Positions 39,847 through 49,204 of a DNA stretch of 58,878 nucleotides are shown piece by piece; the first letter of the stretch is position 1; each line of letters opens with the position of its first letter. The position numbers and the translations under genes were made by a program. Below the pieces are notes generated by a model. It made no database searches and was not told the DNA's origin. It saw only the letters and a list, made by a program, of their open reading frames with translations. Origin of the DNA: Bacteroidales bacterium (GTDB lineage: Bacteria > Bacteroidota > Bacteroidia > Bacteroidales > DASVHX01); assembly GCA_038246075.1 (NCBI GenBank), contig JBBRRV010000003.1, forward strand, positions 1 through 58,878. The letters run 5' to 3'.

Positions 39847-39980
39847 CGTCCCTGACGGGAATTTTTTGATTTCTATATGCCCTTTTCTGCCATATTATGC
39901 CCCTACGGGGCAGTCCCGTTAGGGACTTAATATGGGTAGAATAAATTAAACCTCCGAAAGTAAAAGTCCCCCCAGGGACG
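39847..39980. repeat. MITE-like intergenic element built from four GTCCC-N3/4-GGGAC-type mini-hairpins
   Basis: The hairpins are TCCC-TGAC-GGGA (39849-39860), GCCCC-TAC-GGGGC (39899-39911), GTCCC-GTTA-GGGAC (39913-39926) and GTCCC-CCCA-GGGAC (39966-39979). The termini CGTCCC (39847-52) and GGGACG (39975-80) are inverted. Confidence 0.6.
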
Positions 39981-40090
39981 CAATTATACCAATGTTCTCA
40001 GCGTGTTATATAATTATTTTACCGAACAGCTAAGATTTTTCATAAACAGAACCTTTCATTCTTACGCAATGTATAGTTTATGTGCCGCGT

Positions 40091-41542
40091 TCACCATGCA
40101 AAAGTAGCAACAGCGCCGGCGTTTAATTTTGTGGTTACCATTTTCCCCTTGAATTTGATATTGAATGATTGAACCTGGTCCTTGTCATTCAGAACGATCA
40201 GCACCTTCTTGCCATCTGGAGTCTGGTAGGCAACATTCTGCAGATCAGAAGGCAGGGTGGAGCTTATTCTGACTGAGCCTGCGGGTACAAATTTAGATGC
40301 ATGCGCCATGATGTAATACGATACATTGCGCGTAACGGCAGAACTGATGGTAACGGCTCCTTCGCATTGGGTGCATCCTCCGGGCGTATGCGGGCTGTAT
40401 GTAGGATCGGATGCCAGGTTCCATTCGATTACATTTTTACTCCAGTTGCCGGGGGCACCGATAATTAAATTTTTAACGTGCCAGCGCAGGTTACCTGCAA
40501 ATTCGCCCGGACCGCCTACCCATTGTTCGGTAAAATAGATGTTCTTTTCAGGATAGGCTGCATGAACCTGGGATAATGCGTCGATTTCCCCGCCATAAAG
40601 GTGAAATGCGGATCCGTCGATAAAGGGCCGGGCAGCGGCATCGTTAAGGATATTGATAGGGTATTCCGGATGATCACAATTATGATCATAGAGAATGATT
40701 TTTGTCGTCAGGTTGGCTGATTTGAAAGCCGGACCTAAATTATTTTTTACAAAATCCAGCTGCTCTGCCGAGGACATGTACATGCTGGGGTTATTGTTGG
40801 GATTCAGTGGCTCATTCTGAATGGTGATGGCATCAATCCGGATCCCTTCTGCCTGCATTCCCTGGATATATTTAACAAAATAACGGGCATAGGCATCATA
40901 ATATTCCGGGAGCAGGTTGCCACCTATTGAACTTTTGTTGCTTTTCATCCACGTAGGAGCGGACCATGGCGATCCCATGATTTTAATGCCCGGATTTTGC
41001 AGGAGCGCCAGCTTCAATAACGGAATGAGGTCAGATCTGTCCTTGTCGAGGCTAAAGTGCGTCAGTTCATTGTCTGTCTGGCCTGCGGGCATGTCATCAT
41101 ATGAAAAGACCGCAGCATCCAGGTCGGAAGCTCCGATGCTGACGCGCAGGTAGCTTAGACCAATGCAGGCCGTGTCGTTAGCGAAAAGTTCCCTCACCAA
41201 CGCATTACGCGCTGCAGCCGGTAGCTTATTGATGAGAAAGGCACTACCTCCGGTCATGGCGAAACCAAAGCCATCCATGGTCTGATAGCGCTGTGCGGAG
41301 TCAACGATAATCGTGGGAAAATTGTTGGTGGCGGGGTTAAAAAGCAAGGCAATATTTTGTCTTTTCAACAATGCTGATTTGTCCGGATTGGTCAGCCAGA
41401 AAGTGACATCAGTCTTTACCCATTCATTGCCTTTATTATCTGCCGGAGCTGGATTAGCCTTTTTCTTGCAGCCATAAACGGACGTCAAACCTGCAAGCAA
41501 CAACATGCCTGCAAGCATCCATATTTTAAGTTTCATGTTCAT
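40091..41542 (-). CDS. Glycoside hydrolase family 30 lipoprotein
   Basis: The start is moved to the ATG at 41542 (MNMKLKIWMLAGMLLLAGLTSVYGC, a lipobox) to remove the overlap with the GH5 gene. The GH30 patterns are MDGFGFAMTGGSA, GSPWSAPTWMK, ITIQNEP and YFTEQW. Confidence 0.85.
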   Translation of the reverse strand: MNMKLKIWMLAGMLLLAGLTSVYGCKKKANPAPADNKGNEWVKTDVTFWLTNPDKSALLKRQNIALLFNPATNNFPTIIVDSAQRYQTMDGFGFAMTGGSAFLINKLPAAARNALVRELFANDTACIGLSYLRVSIGASDLDAAVFSYDDMPAGQTDNELTHFSLDKDRSDLIPLLKLALLQNPGIKIMGSPWSAPTWMKSNKSSIGGNLLPEYYDAYARYFVKYIQGMQAEGIRIDAITIQNEPLNPNNNPSMYMSSAEQLDFVKNNLGPAFKSANLTTKIILYDHNCDHPEYPINILNDAAARPFIDGSAFHLYGGEIDALSQVHAAYPEKNIYFTEQWVGGPGEFAGNLRWHVKNLIIGAPGNWSKNVIEWNLASDPTYSPHTPGGCTQCEGAVTISSAVTRNVSYYIMAHASKFVPAGSVRISSTLPSDLQNVAYQTPDGKKVLIVLNDKDQVQSFNIKFKGKMVTTKLNAGAVATFAW

Positions 41543-41595
41543 GGTTTTGTTCTTTTTAAGCAATCTAACGTTAATAGTCGTTTTCGCTATCATGT

Positions 41596-44328
41596 TTAAA
41601 GTATAACTAATTTCCTCCGCCATTTAGTACCTGACATCTCAACATCGGCAATATAAAACCCTGCAGGCAGATCGCGCACGGAAATGGTTTGTGCTATTGC
41701 TCCGGACAAAGCAGCAGTTTTGATGAGGGTGCCGTTCAAGGCCCGGAAATAAATTGTTTTTTGTTTTCCTGAAGATTCAGGTATTTCAATAGTAAGTTCT
41801 TCACTGGCAGGATTAGGGTAGATGTTCATTCCCTGTCGGTCCAATTCCATGATACCTTGCACGAGTTCAAACTTGTACCAATTCAGATTGAATTCGGGTT
41901 GAAGAATTTTAACCCGCAGTGTGCCGGGGCCCCCGGTCAGGTTTATTTCGGTATTCACACTTTGCCATGTCTGCCATCCTCCGGTAACCGGAATGTTAAT
42001 AGTTACTGAATTGAGCACAACGTTATGGTCATTCAGTTGCTGAACTTCAATTCTTCCGGCGCTGCTCATGCAAGCCACGCGGACAACCATGTTATATATG
42101 CCTGAACCTGCAACCCTGATTGGATAGTCCAGGTAATCACCTGCATGCGTGTATCCGATATTCTGACCACCGCCGGCATCTGTCGTATTCTCCAGTGCTA
42201 ATCCTATATTAACGCTAAAAGCTTCAGCTTCTATTTTACCGGGAATCTGCAGGAGGACCGGCAGATTGTTTGTGACCCGCAGATTGGTGAAGCTTTCCAG
42301 CACTCTTCCATCAATGGCTTTGACCAGGGTGCCGGTATAATTTAGTTTTATATCGTCAACATCAGAGATTTGCTGCGCCAGCGCGAGTTTTATTTGAAGA
42401 GGATTGCCGGTATTCATGCTCAGACTGGTAATGTTCACCAGGGTTCCATTTACCGTGCAGGTAAATCCTGCTGCCCCAACTGTTGATGCTAAAAGTTTTT
42501 TATTAAAATTAACATATATGAATTCACCTTGCTGATGGGTCTCAGCTGACATAGCCTGCATAGCTACATCGCTTATCGGCTTACTGATAGTGAATTTAAG
42601 GTATCCAAAATTAAGCCCGCCTTTCTCAAAGGTAAGTTTCAATTTCTGTTGGCCCTTGTAAAGAATAACATTGTTGATGGTAAAGTTGCTCCAGGTTTGA
42701 ACTCCTCCCGTTGCAGGAAGTGCTAGTGAACCGGAAACAGCTGCATCATTGGCGCTGAGCCCGACGACTGACCCGGAACCTAAACAGGCGTAATGTACCA
42801 CCACATCATAGGCCGCACTGGAGTCGACAGTTGCGGTGTATTGCATCCACTCCTTGTCGGCCGTCCAGCCTACATCGAATCCATTTGAGCCGGGATCAGC
42901 ATCTGTTGATTTCTCGATATCAACGCCATCGTTTCTATAGGTGTATCCTTTGTTCCATGCAACATAGGTCCCGGTACTCCCATGATAGTCCGCAACTTCC
43001 GTGTCAAAATAAGCCTTGTTGTTCCTGCCTAAGTCATAATCAACAGCATGAATTATACCTGGTATTTTATTCAGGCCAAAAGGCTTAGTAGTTGAATCAT
43101 TCACCTGTCTGAACAAGGCATCAATGACGTCTTTCCTGTAAATACAGTTTTCTGCTTTTGCATTGTCCGCCAGCTTCATTAAGGCGTTGAATGCAAAATT
43201 CGCAGAGGGTGCGATTCCTCCGTTTTTCCAGTAATTGAGCAATGTTTCGTATTCCGGATTTTTCTGAATGGTCAATGGGTTCACCACAGAATTAACTTTT
43301 TTGAGCGGCCACCAGGCCCATCCGATCTTATTTTTCTCCGCAAGCTGAATGGCTTCAGTGAACCAGGTATTTGAATTTTCGCCTGATTCGCCCAGCCAGA
43401 GCGGGACGTTATTCTGATCCCTTATATTCAACATTCCCTGAATGGAACCCTGGTCATTATTATTCCAATATTTATGAAAACTCACCACCATATTGTTATC
43501 CCATACAGGCAAAATACCATTGTAATTGCCGCCCCAGCAGTTGCCTTCAATAATGACCATGTGGGTCTTATCAACTTCGCGTATGGCATTGGTGATGTTG
43601 ACAAGTAGCTGGTGCAAAGGGGCATTTGATGTTTCAGAACAGCCATTTACATTACCTCCGGCAGTAAAACTCCAGTTTGTTTCATTGATGAGGTCATATC
43701 CTCCGACCCAGGGTTCGTTCACATAGCGTTCAGCAAGTTTTCTCCACAATGCGATGGTCTTTTGTTTGTTTGCTTCACTTTCCCAAAGGGAAGGTTTTGC
43801 AGGATTATAGTCGCTGATGTTCGCATCACGCCCCTGACCGCCGGGAGCAGCATGCAAATCGAGAATTACGTAGATGTGTTTGGCTGCGCACCATTTGATC
43901 AGGCTATCTGTCATCGCAAAACCTTTAGTCAGCCAGGTGTTGTTCCCTGGGACAGGTTCATCTTCAATCGGCAGGGTATAGAGATTATAGTGCATCGGAA
44001 GCCGCACGGAATTAAATCCCCATGACGCCAGTGAATCAATGTCTCTTTTTGTGCAATGGTTCGCATGCCAGGCATCATAAAAGGCCGTGGTATTATCTTT
44101 TCCGATCAGCGCCTCGATTTTGGCTTTCAGCTGCCATTGCGGGCCGGCGAAACTGCCGGTCTCCATCATATAGCCTTCCTGGATCATCCAGCCGCCCAGA
44201 CCCATGCCCCTGAGTATGACTTCAGTACCACTGGCATCAATGATTTTTTTACCGCTTGTTTTTAGGCCCTGCGTAAAAGCGGTTGTATTCAGGCAGGCAA
44301 TAATCAACAGTAATAGTATTCGCTTCAT
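41596..44328 (-). CDS. Secreted GH5 endo-beta-glucanase with CBM6-like modules and a T9SS C-terminal sorting domain
   Basis: It has the GH5 core (GFNSVRLPMHY, acid/base GYDLINETN, nucleophile LWLGESGEN). Two lectin-like modules carry GW..W..Y.v.....Y.v..r.a patterns. The tail is MNIYPNPASEELTIEIP...KLVIL, typical of Por/T9SS CTDs. Confidence 0.85.
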   Translation of the reverse strand: MKRILLLLIIACLNTTAFTQGLKTSGKKIIDASGTEVILRGMGLGGWMIQEGYMMETGSFAGPQWQLKAKIEALIGKDNTTAFYDAWHANHCTKRDIDSLASWGFNSVRLPMHYNLYTLPIEDEPVPGNNTWLTKGFAMTDSLIKWCAAKHIYVILDLHAAPGGQGRDANISDYNPAKPSLWESEANKQKTIALWRKLAERYVNEPWVGGYDLINETNWSFTAGGNVNGCSETSNAPLHQLLVNITNAIREVDKTHMVIIEGNCWGGNYNGILPVWDNNMVVSFHKYWNNNDQGSIQGMLNIRDQNNVPLWLGESGENSNTWFTEAIQLAEKNKIGWAWWPLKKVNSVVNPLTIQKNPEYETLLNYWKNGGIAPSANFAFNALMKLADNAKAENCIYRKDVIDALFRQVNDSTTKPFGLNKIPGIIHAVDYDLGRNNKAYFDTEVADYHGSTGTYVAWNKGYTYRNDGVDIEKSTDADPGSNGFDVGWTADKEWMQYTATVDSSAAYDVVVHYACLGSGSVVGLSANDAAVSGSLALPATGGVQTWSNFTINNVILYKGQQKLKLTFEKGGLNFGYLKFTISKPISDVAMQAMSAETHQQGEFIYVNFNKKLLASTVGAAGFTCTVNGTLVNITSLSMNTGNPLQIKLALAQQISDVDDIKLNYTGTLVKAIDGRVLESFTNLRVTNNLPVLLQIPGKIEAEAFSVNIGLALENTTDAGGGQNIGYTHAGDYLDYPIRVAGSGIYNMVVRVACMSSAGRIEVQQLNDHNVVLNSVTINIPVTGGWQTWQSVNTEINLTGGPGTLRVKILQPEFNLNWYKFELVQGIMELDRQGMNIYPNPASEELTIEIPESSGKQKTIYFRALNGTLIKTAALSGAIAQTISVRDLPAGFYIADVEMSGTKWRRKLVIL

Positions 44329-44341
44329 ATCTTTCTTTTAT

Positions 44342-45361
44342 TTATTGATATACCCTCACATAGTCAATTTCCATTGTTGCACTGGTAACAGCCGGATCAA
44401 TTGTGCCGCCGAAATTTCCTCCCATGGCAACATTGAGGATGATAAAGAAATTCTGGTTAAAGGGTAAGCTCCCTGTGTTGGCAAAAGTGTAAAATGGAAC
44501 ATCATCCACAAGGAATTTTATGGAGGAGCTGTTCCAATCGCAGGTATATTTATGAAAATCGGTTGTGGCAGTTGGTACCATTACTGTATTGCCATCTCCG
44601 TTTCCGCCTGAATGACCGGGATGGTGCAGGGTTGCATATATTTTATTCAGCTGGTTTCCAACATGCTCCATGATATCCACTTCACCGCAGGCTGGCCAAC
44701 CTACTGTAGAAATATTATCACCCAACATCCAGATGGCAGGCCAGGTGCCGCCTCCTGCAGGCAGTTTAGCCCGCACCTCAATTTTGCCATATTTAAACGA
44801 ATATTTGCCCTTACTGAGCAACCTGGCCGAAGTATATGCACTTCCGCTAAAATTTTCTTTTTTGAGCACTATTTTCAGTGTTCCGTCAGAGACAAATGCA
44901 TTATCCAGCTGGTTGGTATAATTTTCTGCTTCATTATTCCCCCAGCCACCGGCCCCAAGATCATAGCCCCATTTTGCAGTATTCGGTGCACCAGGAACAT
45001 CAAACTCATCGGACCAGACCAGTCCGCTAACTAAAGTGACATTTATTGTTTTTGATGTGGATGTGGTTTTATTGCCTGCACTTTTAGCTACCACATTTAC
45101 GGTATATAGACCTGAAGCAGCATATTTATACGTTAAAATACCTGTTACAGATACATCAGTACTGCCATTCCCAAAATTAAAAATGTAAACAACAGCATTG
45201 GTGGCAGCAGCAGTAAACGTAACATTACCACTCTCGTCGGTGCTTACGGTCGCATTTAAAGTCAGATTTGAAGGTGCAACATCTGCCGGTGTACTATCCG
45301 ATTTCTTACAGGATAAAGTCGTTAAGACCAATATGAGTAAAATTGAAATTAATTTATTCAT
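44342..45361 (-). CDS. GH16 beta-1,3(4)-glucanase (laminarinase-type) lipoprotein with an N-terminal PKD-like domain
   Basis: It has the lipobox LSC and the catalytic E-x-D-x-x-E motif in WPACGEVDIMEHVG, preceded by GGGTWPAIWMLG. Confidence 0.9.
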   Translation of the reverse strand: MNKLISILLILVLTTLSCKKSDSTPADVAPSNLTLNATVSTDESGNVTFTAAATNAVVYIFNFGNGSTDVSVTGILTYKYAASGLYTVNVVAKSAGNKTTSTSKTINVTLVSGLVWSDEFDVPGAPNTAKWGYDLGAGGWGNNEAENYTNQLDNAFVSDGTLKIVLKKENFSGSAYTSARLLSKGKYSFKYGKIEVRAKLPAGGGTWPAIWMLGDNISTVGWPACGEVDIMEHVGNQLNKIYATLHHPGHSGGNGDGNTVMVPTATTDFHKYTCDWNSSSIKFLVDDVPFYTFANTGSLPFNQNFFIILNVAMGGNFGGTIDPAVTSATMEIDYVRVYQ

Positions 45362-45460
45362 GATTCTGTTTTTTAAAACGTTTCGTATATAGCTTTTTCA
45401 CCCCATCGCTGCTGCTCCCCTTCAACTTCTCTGGAACACATTCATTTGCTTATCAAAAGA

Positions 45461-45489
45461 AAAGGAGGAGTAAATAATGCTCCTCCTTT
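45461..45489 (-). terminator. Rho-independent terminator inside the PUL (after the 322-aa lipoprotein gene)
   Basis: The stem is AAAGGAGGAG / CTCCTCCTTT with a 9-nt loop. On the minus strand it is followed by TCTTTTGAT. It lies 30 nt past the stop at 45519. Confidence 0.6.
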
Positions 45490-45518
45490 CAGTAAACAAA
45501 AGAACCAGTACCTTAATG

Positions 45519-46487
45519 TTATTTTGCAGCCGGTATCAATTTAAAATACCAGGCATTGCCGGTCTCAGTTCCCTGTACCCTTAGATAAAGGGTTGTAGGG
45601 GTAATTGTAAGGATCTCATATTCTTTTAGCGTTGCACCATATGCAATATAAGTATCAACTCCTGGTAGGACTATACTGGTTTGCGTTGATGGGGAATTTG
45701 TCGCAACAGATGCAGTTGCAGGAACTCCGGATGAAGCAGGGGCAAAAACAAAATCAGAAGTTCCTCCACTGTAACTATAACAACCCTCATCTCCTGTCGC
45801 AGGAATACCGGGTAGTGTGGTTAAACTGCCTGTTTTTGTAAATGCACCATCTGGAGATGCAACTGTTAGCGTGAAAGTATTCGATGCTGAAATCTTTGTG
45901 AAAGTGAATTTAGAAGTATAGAAACAATTACAGCAGGCTACTTTTTCATTCACACCGGCACCCCACCAAACAGGAGCAACTGAAGTAGGATCCCAAGGGC
46001 CAACGCCTATGTGAGCTGGTACGCTTTTATCCACAATCCAGCTTTTTGATGCGTCACCTGTGAGATCAGTTACGATTTCTGGAGCAGGCGTAAAGTCGCT
46101 CCGGACAGTAACATCTTTTGTAATGGTTGAGGCTGAACCTCCCTTGCCATAGGAAATAGCTGAAATCCGGTAGGTATGCGTGCCAACTTTAACAAATTTT
46201 TTGGTAATCATACCTGTAGGTAAGTATACCAAATTCACCGCTGCACCTGAACCATAATCTACTTTATACGAAATTGCACCATCGGCAGTAATCGTGATTT
46301 TTACATCCCCCGAACCATTCCCGTCGGGATGTGTGGCATCCTGTCCCAAAACTTCTGTTGTAATGACAAGATTTGTAGGAGCAGTTAGATCTCCCAGGCT
46401 ATAATCCTGTTTTTTGCAAGCACTAAAGACTAATATCAGTGCTGCTATACCTAAAAAGGCTTTATAAGTGTTTTTCATCAGTGTCAT
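45519..46487 (-). CDS. PUL-encoded surface lipoprotein (probable SusE/F-position glycan-binding protein, PKD-like N-domain)
   Basis: It has the lipobox FSAC. It is beta-rich, rich in Thr/Gly/Ser, and sits downstream of susD. There is no catalytic motif. Confidence 0.5.
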   Translation of the reverse strand: MTLMKNTYKAFLGIAALILVFSACKKQDYSLGDLTAPTNLVITTEVLGQDATHPDGNGSGDVKITITADGAISYKVDYGSGAAVNLVYLPTGMITKKFVKVGTHTYRISAISYGKGGSASTITKDVTVRSDFTPAPEIVTDLTGDASKSWIVDKSVPAHIGVGPWDPTSVAPVWWGAGVNEKVACCNCFYTSKFTFTKISASNTFTLTVASPDGAFTKTGSLTTLPGIPATGDEGCYSYSGGTSDFVFAPASSGVPATASVATNSPSTQTSIVLPGVDTYIAYGATLKEYEILTITPTTLYLRVQGTETGNAWYFKLIPAAK

Positions 46488-46492
46488 TTTTT

Positions 46493-47581
46493 TTAGTTTG
46501 TAAATCTGATATTATCAATATAAATAATAGCTCCCGCGCCATCAGTTGCATCATTGAATCTGAAAACAAGCTGATTGTATCTTGCTGTCGATGGAATAGC
46601 AGGGATCGTACTGAAATCAAAAACCAGTTCTTCCCATGCCCCGGAAGTCGTCACGGGAACTTTCAGCACACCAATACCATTGGCCGGAGTACCTCCGGTT
46701 GCTGCTTCCAATTCAACATTCAGTTTTTTACCAATTAGCGCTGGGTCAGGATTATAGACCCATACCTTTATTTTATTGCCCTTCGAAAAATCAATAGGAA
46801 GATCCAATGGGCTGTAAGTTCCACTCCAACCTTCAGCTCCTCTGGTGAATTTGCCCACATTAGCCGTTGTGTTTAATCCGGTTGCATTGGGGTTTGCAAC
46901 TGTAGCAAAGACCTGTCCTGTTCCAAAGGTTCCGAAAAAGTAGTTCGCAGTCGCGATTTCAAAAGTTATGGGCATAGAAAAGGTAGTCTTGATAAGTTCA
47001 GCAGTTGCTGCACCACCGCTAAGCGCTATTACTTTAACATCGAAAGGACCGCCGGCAGGGTAGACATGCGCAGGCAGTTTTGCGCCTAGAGCCAATGGTG
47101 TACCGACTTCATTGGCAACATCTCCATAGTATACCAAAAACGATTTTGCAAAATCTGCTGTTGCACTCACAACCATGCCACTTCCAAAGGTTACGGTTAA
47201 TTTTTCAGGAGCCTTGTAAGTTAAGGTAAGCGGATAAGCAGTCGTTGTCGTTTTTCCGGCTAGATCGGTTGCGATAATGCTCACCGTGTAAGTTCCTTCA
47301 GGATATGCGTGTGAGGTATTGTATCCAGGCGCTACAACTGCAGAAGCATCTGCACCGGTGCCTTGTCCAAAATTTACGGTATAGGAAGCAACACCTTCTC
47401 CTAAGGGTGTTATTTTTACAATACCCGAATTATCATTGCTGATATCGAATATTTTTGAAAAATTAGATGAATTGACGGTATTTAGAAAGGATAAATCCTG
47501 ATCAATTCCATCCTGCTTTTTACAGCTTGATGCAACAGCTATTAGCAATAGGATGCTGCATATATATACTATTTTCTTCAT
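46493..47581 (-). CDS. PUL-encoded surface lipoprotein (PKD-like plus CBM-like domains, probable glycan-binding protein)
   Basis: It has the lipobox ASSC and a PKD-like segment (FGQGTGADASAVVAPGYNTSHAYPEGTYTVSIIATD). It lies immediately downstream of susD. Confidence 0.5.
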   Translation of the reverse strand: MKKIVYICSILLLIAVASSCKKQDGIDQDLSFLNTVNSSNFSKIFDISNDNSGIVKITPLGEGVASYTVNFGQGTGADASAVVAPGYNTSHAYPEGTYTVSIIATDLAGKTTTTAYPLTLTYKAPEKLTVTFGSGMVVSATADFAKSFLVYYGDVANEVGTPLALGAKLPAHVYPAGGPFDVKVIALSGGAATAELIKTTFSMPITFEIATANYFFGTFGTGQVFATVANPNATGLNTTANVGKFTRGAEGWSGTYSPLDLPIDFSKGNKIKVWVYNPDPALIGKKLNVELEAATGGTPANGIGVLKVPVTTSGAWEELVFDFSTIPAIPSTARYNQLVFRFNDATDGAGAIIYIDNIRFTN

Positions 47582-47598
47582 GTCTTTATTTTTGTGGA

Positions 47599-49113
47599 TT
47601 AGTAGCCTGGATTTTGAATTAATTTGGTGCCAAGTAATTCGGCTGCAGGAATTGGAAAGATTTCATCCGTGCCGACAGTAAAGCCCCTGTTTCCAAGTTT
47701 TGCAGCAGCATCACCCCATCTGACCAGATCAAAGAAACGTATGCCCTCGCCGGCTAATTCAGCCCTGCGCTCTGTTTTAATGGTATTTAGTGATACAGGA
47801 ACCGATGGCAGGCCAACTCTTGCCCTTACAGCATCCAGTAAAGCCTGGGCCCTTGTTCCTGTTGCGCCTAAAGCTTCTGCCTCCATGAGATAGGTGTCGG
47901 CCAGACGGATAACATAAGAATCTTGTTTGTAGTTTAGCACTGCATCTCCTCCGCCGGTTGAGACATCAACCGCTCTGGGCAAAAATTTATTCAGGAAATA
48001 ACCGGTATTCTGGTAACCTTCGATATAATCTGCCTTGCCGGCTGCCTTGAGTGCTTTCAGGTCAAAAACTGTTGCTTCAAAACGCGGGTCTGTTTTAATG
48101 AAGTCATAAAAATCCTGTGTAAATACATTAAAACTCCAGCCTGAAGGAATATCAGGGGCATCAGAACCTGAGGACCTGGAATAGGTTCTTGGCCCAACCA
48201 TCGTATTTACAAGGTTCCCTTCGTCGGTTCCGCTATAATTGCCATTACCCCAGCCGGTCTTGGCGGCAGCGCTGTGACTGACTTCCAAAATAGCTTCAGA
48301 ATTGAATTTATTGGCTACCACCCAAAGATCACTAAAGTAAGTTAATAATTTATAGCCATAAATGCTTGTGCCACCGGGAGTTCCATTCACATCGGCAAAC
48401 TGAGCCGCTGCCAGTGCATTCTTGTTTTCAAAGAGATAAACTTTCCCTAGTAATGCCTGGGAAGATCCTTTTGTAAAACGGCCGGCTTCAGCTATGGGAT
48501 CCACCGTATTTGGCAATGCAGGGATGGCTTCAGTCAGATCTTTTTCAATCTGGGCATAAACTGCTTCCGGGGTGGCCTGAAGAACATTGTACATGTCTGC
48601 AGTTGACAAAGGGTCTAAAATGAGCGGAATATTTTTAAACATACGAACCAGGTTAAAATAATAATTGGCTCTTAATGCTTTGGCTTCTGCTGCATATCTG
48701 CCCTTTAAAGTCTCATCCATCGTTGTGGTTGGCAGTTTTGCAAGTAAAATATTTGCCCTGAAAATTCCCTGGTAGTGATCATTCCAGAAACTTCCCGGAA
48801 TAGTGATTGCAGTTAAAGAATGGGTTGAAAAACCTTGTATTCCTGCGCCGTCTGTTGACGAACCGCCACCTGCATATAGATCATCCGATCCTGCATTCAT
48901 CATGGTGATCATATTCTCAAAACCACCGGAGTTTTTGCGCATCATGTCATAAACCCCGACAAGTGCACTATAAGCCTGCGGTTGATCCTGATAATAATTA
49001 GCTGAAAGGAATTGCCCTTTAGGTGTGATATCTATAAAATCTTTTTTGCAGGAACCCATGGCAAGTACCATTGTTGCTGCAATAAAGAAGAACTTTATAT
49101 GTCTTGTTTTCAT
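47599..49113 (-). CDS. susD: SusD/RagB-family nutrient-binding lipoprotein
   Basis: It has the lipobox MGSC and the SusD-like patterns (RANYYFNLVRMF, RAELAGEGIRFFDLVRWG). It follows susC. Confidence 0.9.
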   Translation of the reverse strand: MKTRHIKFFFIAATMVLAMGSCKKDFIDITPKGQFLSANYYQDQPQAYSALVGVYDMMRKNSGGFENMITMMNAGSDDLYAGGGSSTDGAGIQGFSTHSLTAITIPGSFWNDHYQGIFRANILLAKLPTTTMDETLKGRYAAEAKALRANYYFNLVRMFKNIPLILDPLSTADMYNVLQATPEAVYAQIEKDLTEAIPALPNTVDPIAEAGRFTKGSSQALLGKVYLFENKNALAAAQFADVNGTPGGTSIYGYKLLTYFSDLWVVANKFNSEAILEVSHSAAAKTGWGNGNYSGTDEGNLVNTMVGPRTYSRSSGSDAPDIPSGWSFNVFTQDFYDFIKTDPRFEATVFDLKALKAAGKADYIEGYQNTGYFLNKFLPRAVDVSTGGGDAVLNYKQDSYVIRLADTYLMEAEALGATGTRAQALLDAVRARVGLPSVPVSLNTIKTERRAELAGEGIRFFDLVRWGDAAAKLGNRGFTVGTDEIFPIPAAELLGTKLIQNPGY

Positions 49114-49204
49114 TTTGTTTGATTTTTTGTGTGAGTAATTTTAACGGATAAAGTAAAATTTTGTACGGCTATTTATCTATAATAAGTAGCCCCGTGACAC
49201 AAAA

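Noticed and set aside
42831-44467. Multiple plus-strand ORFs of 60-87 aa lie inside or overlap the GH5 gene.
   Set aside because: They are antisense shadows. The ORF at 44204..44467 also crosses an intergenic gap and has no start context.
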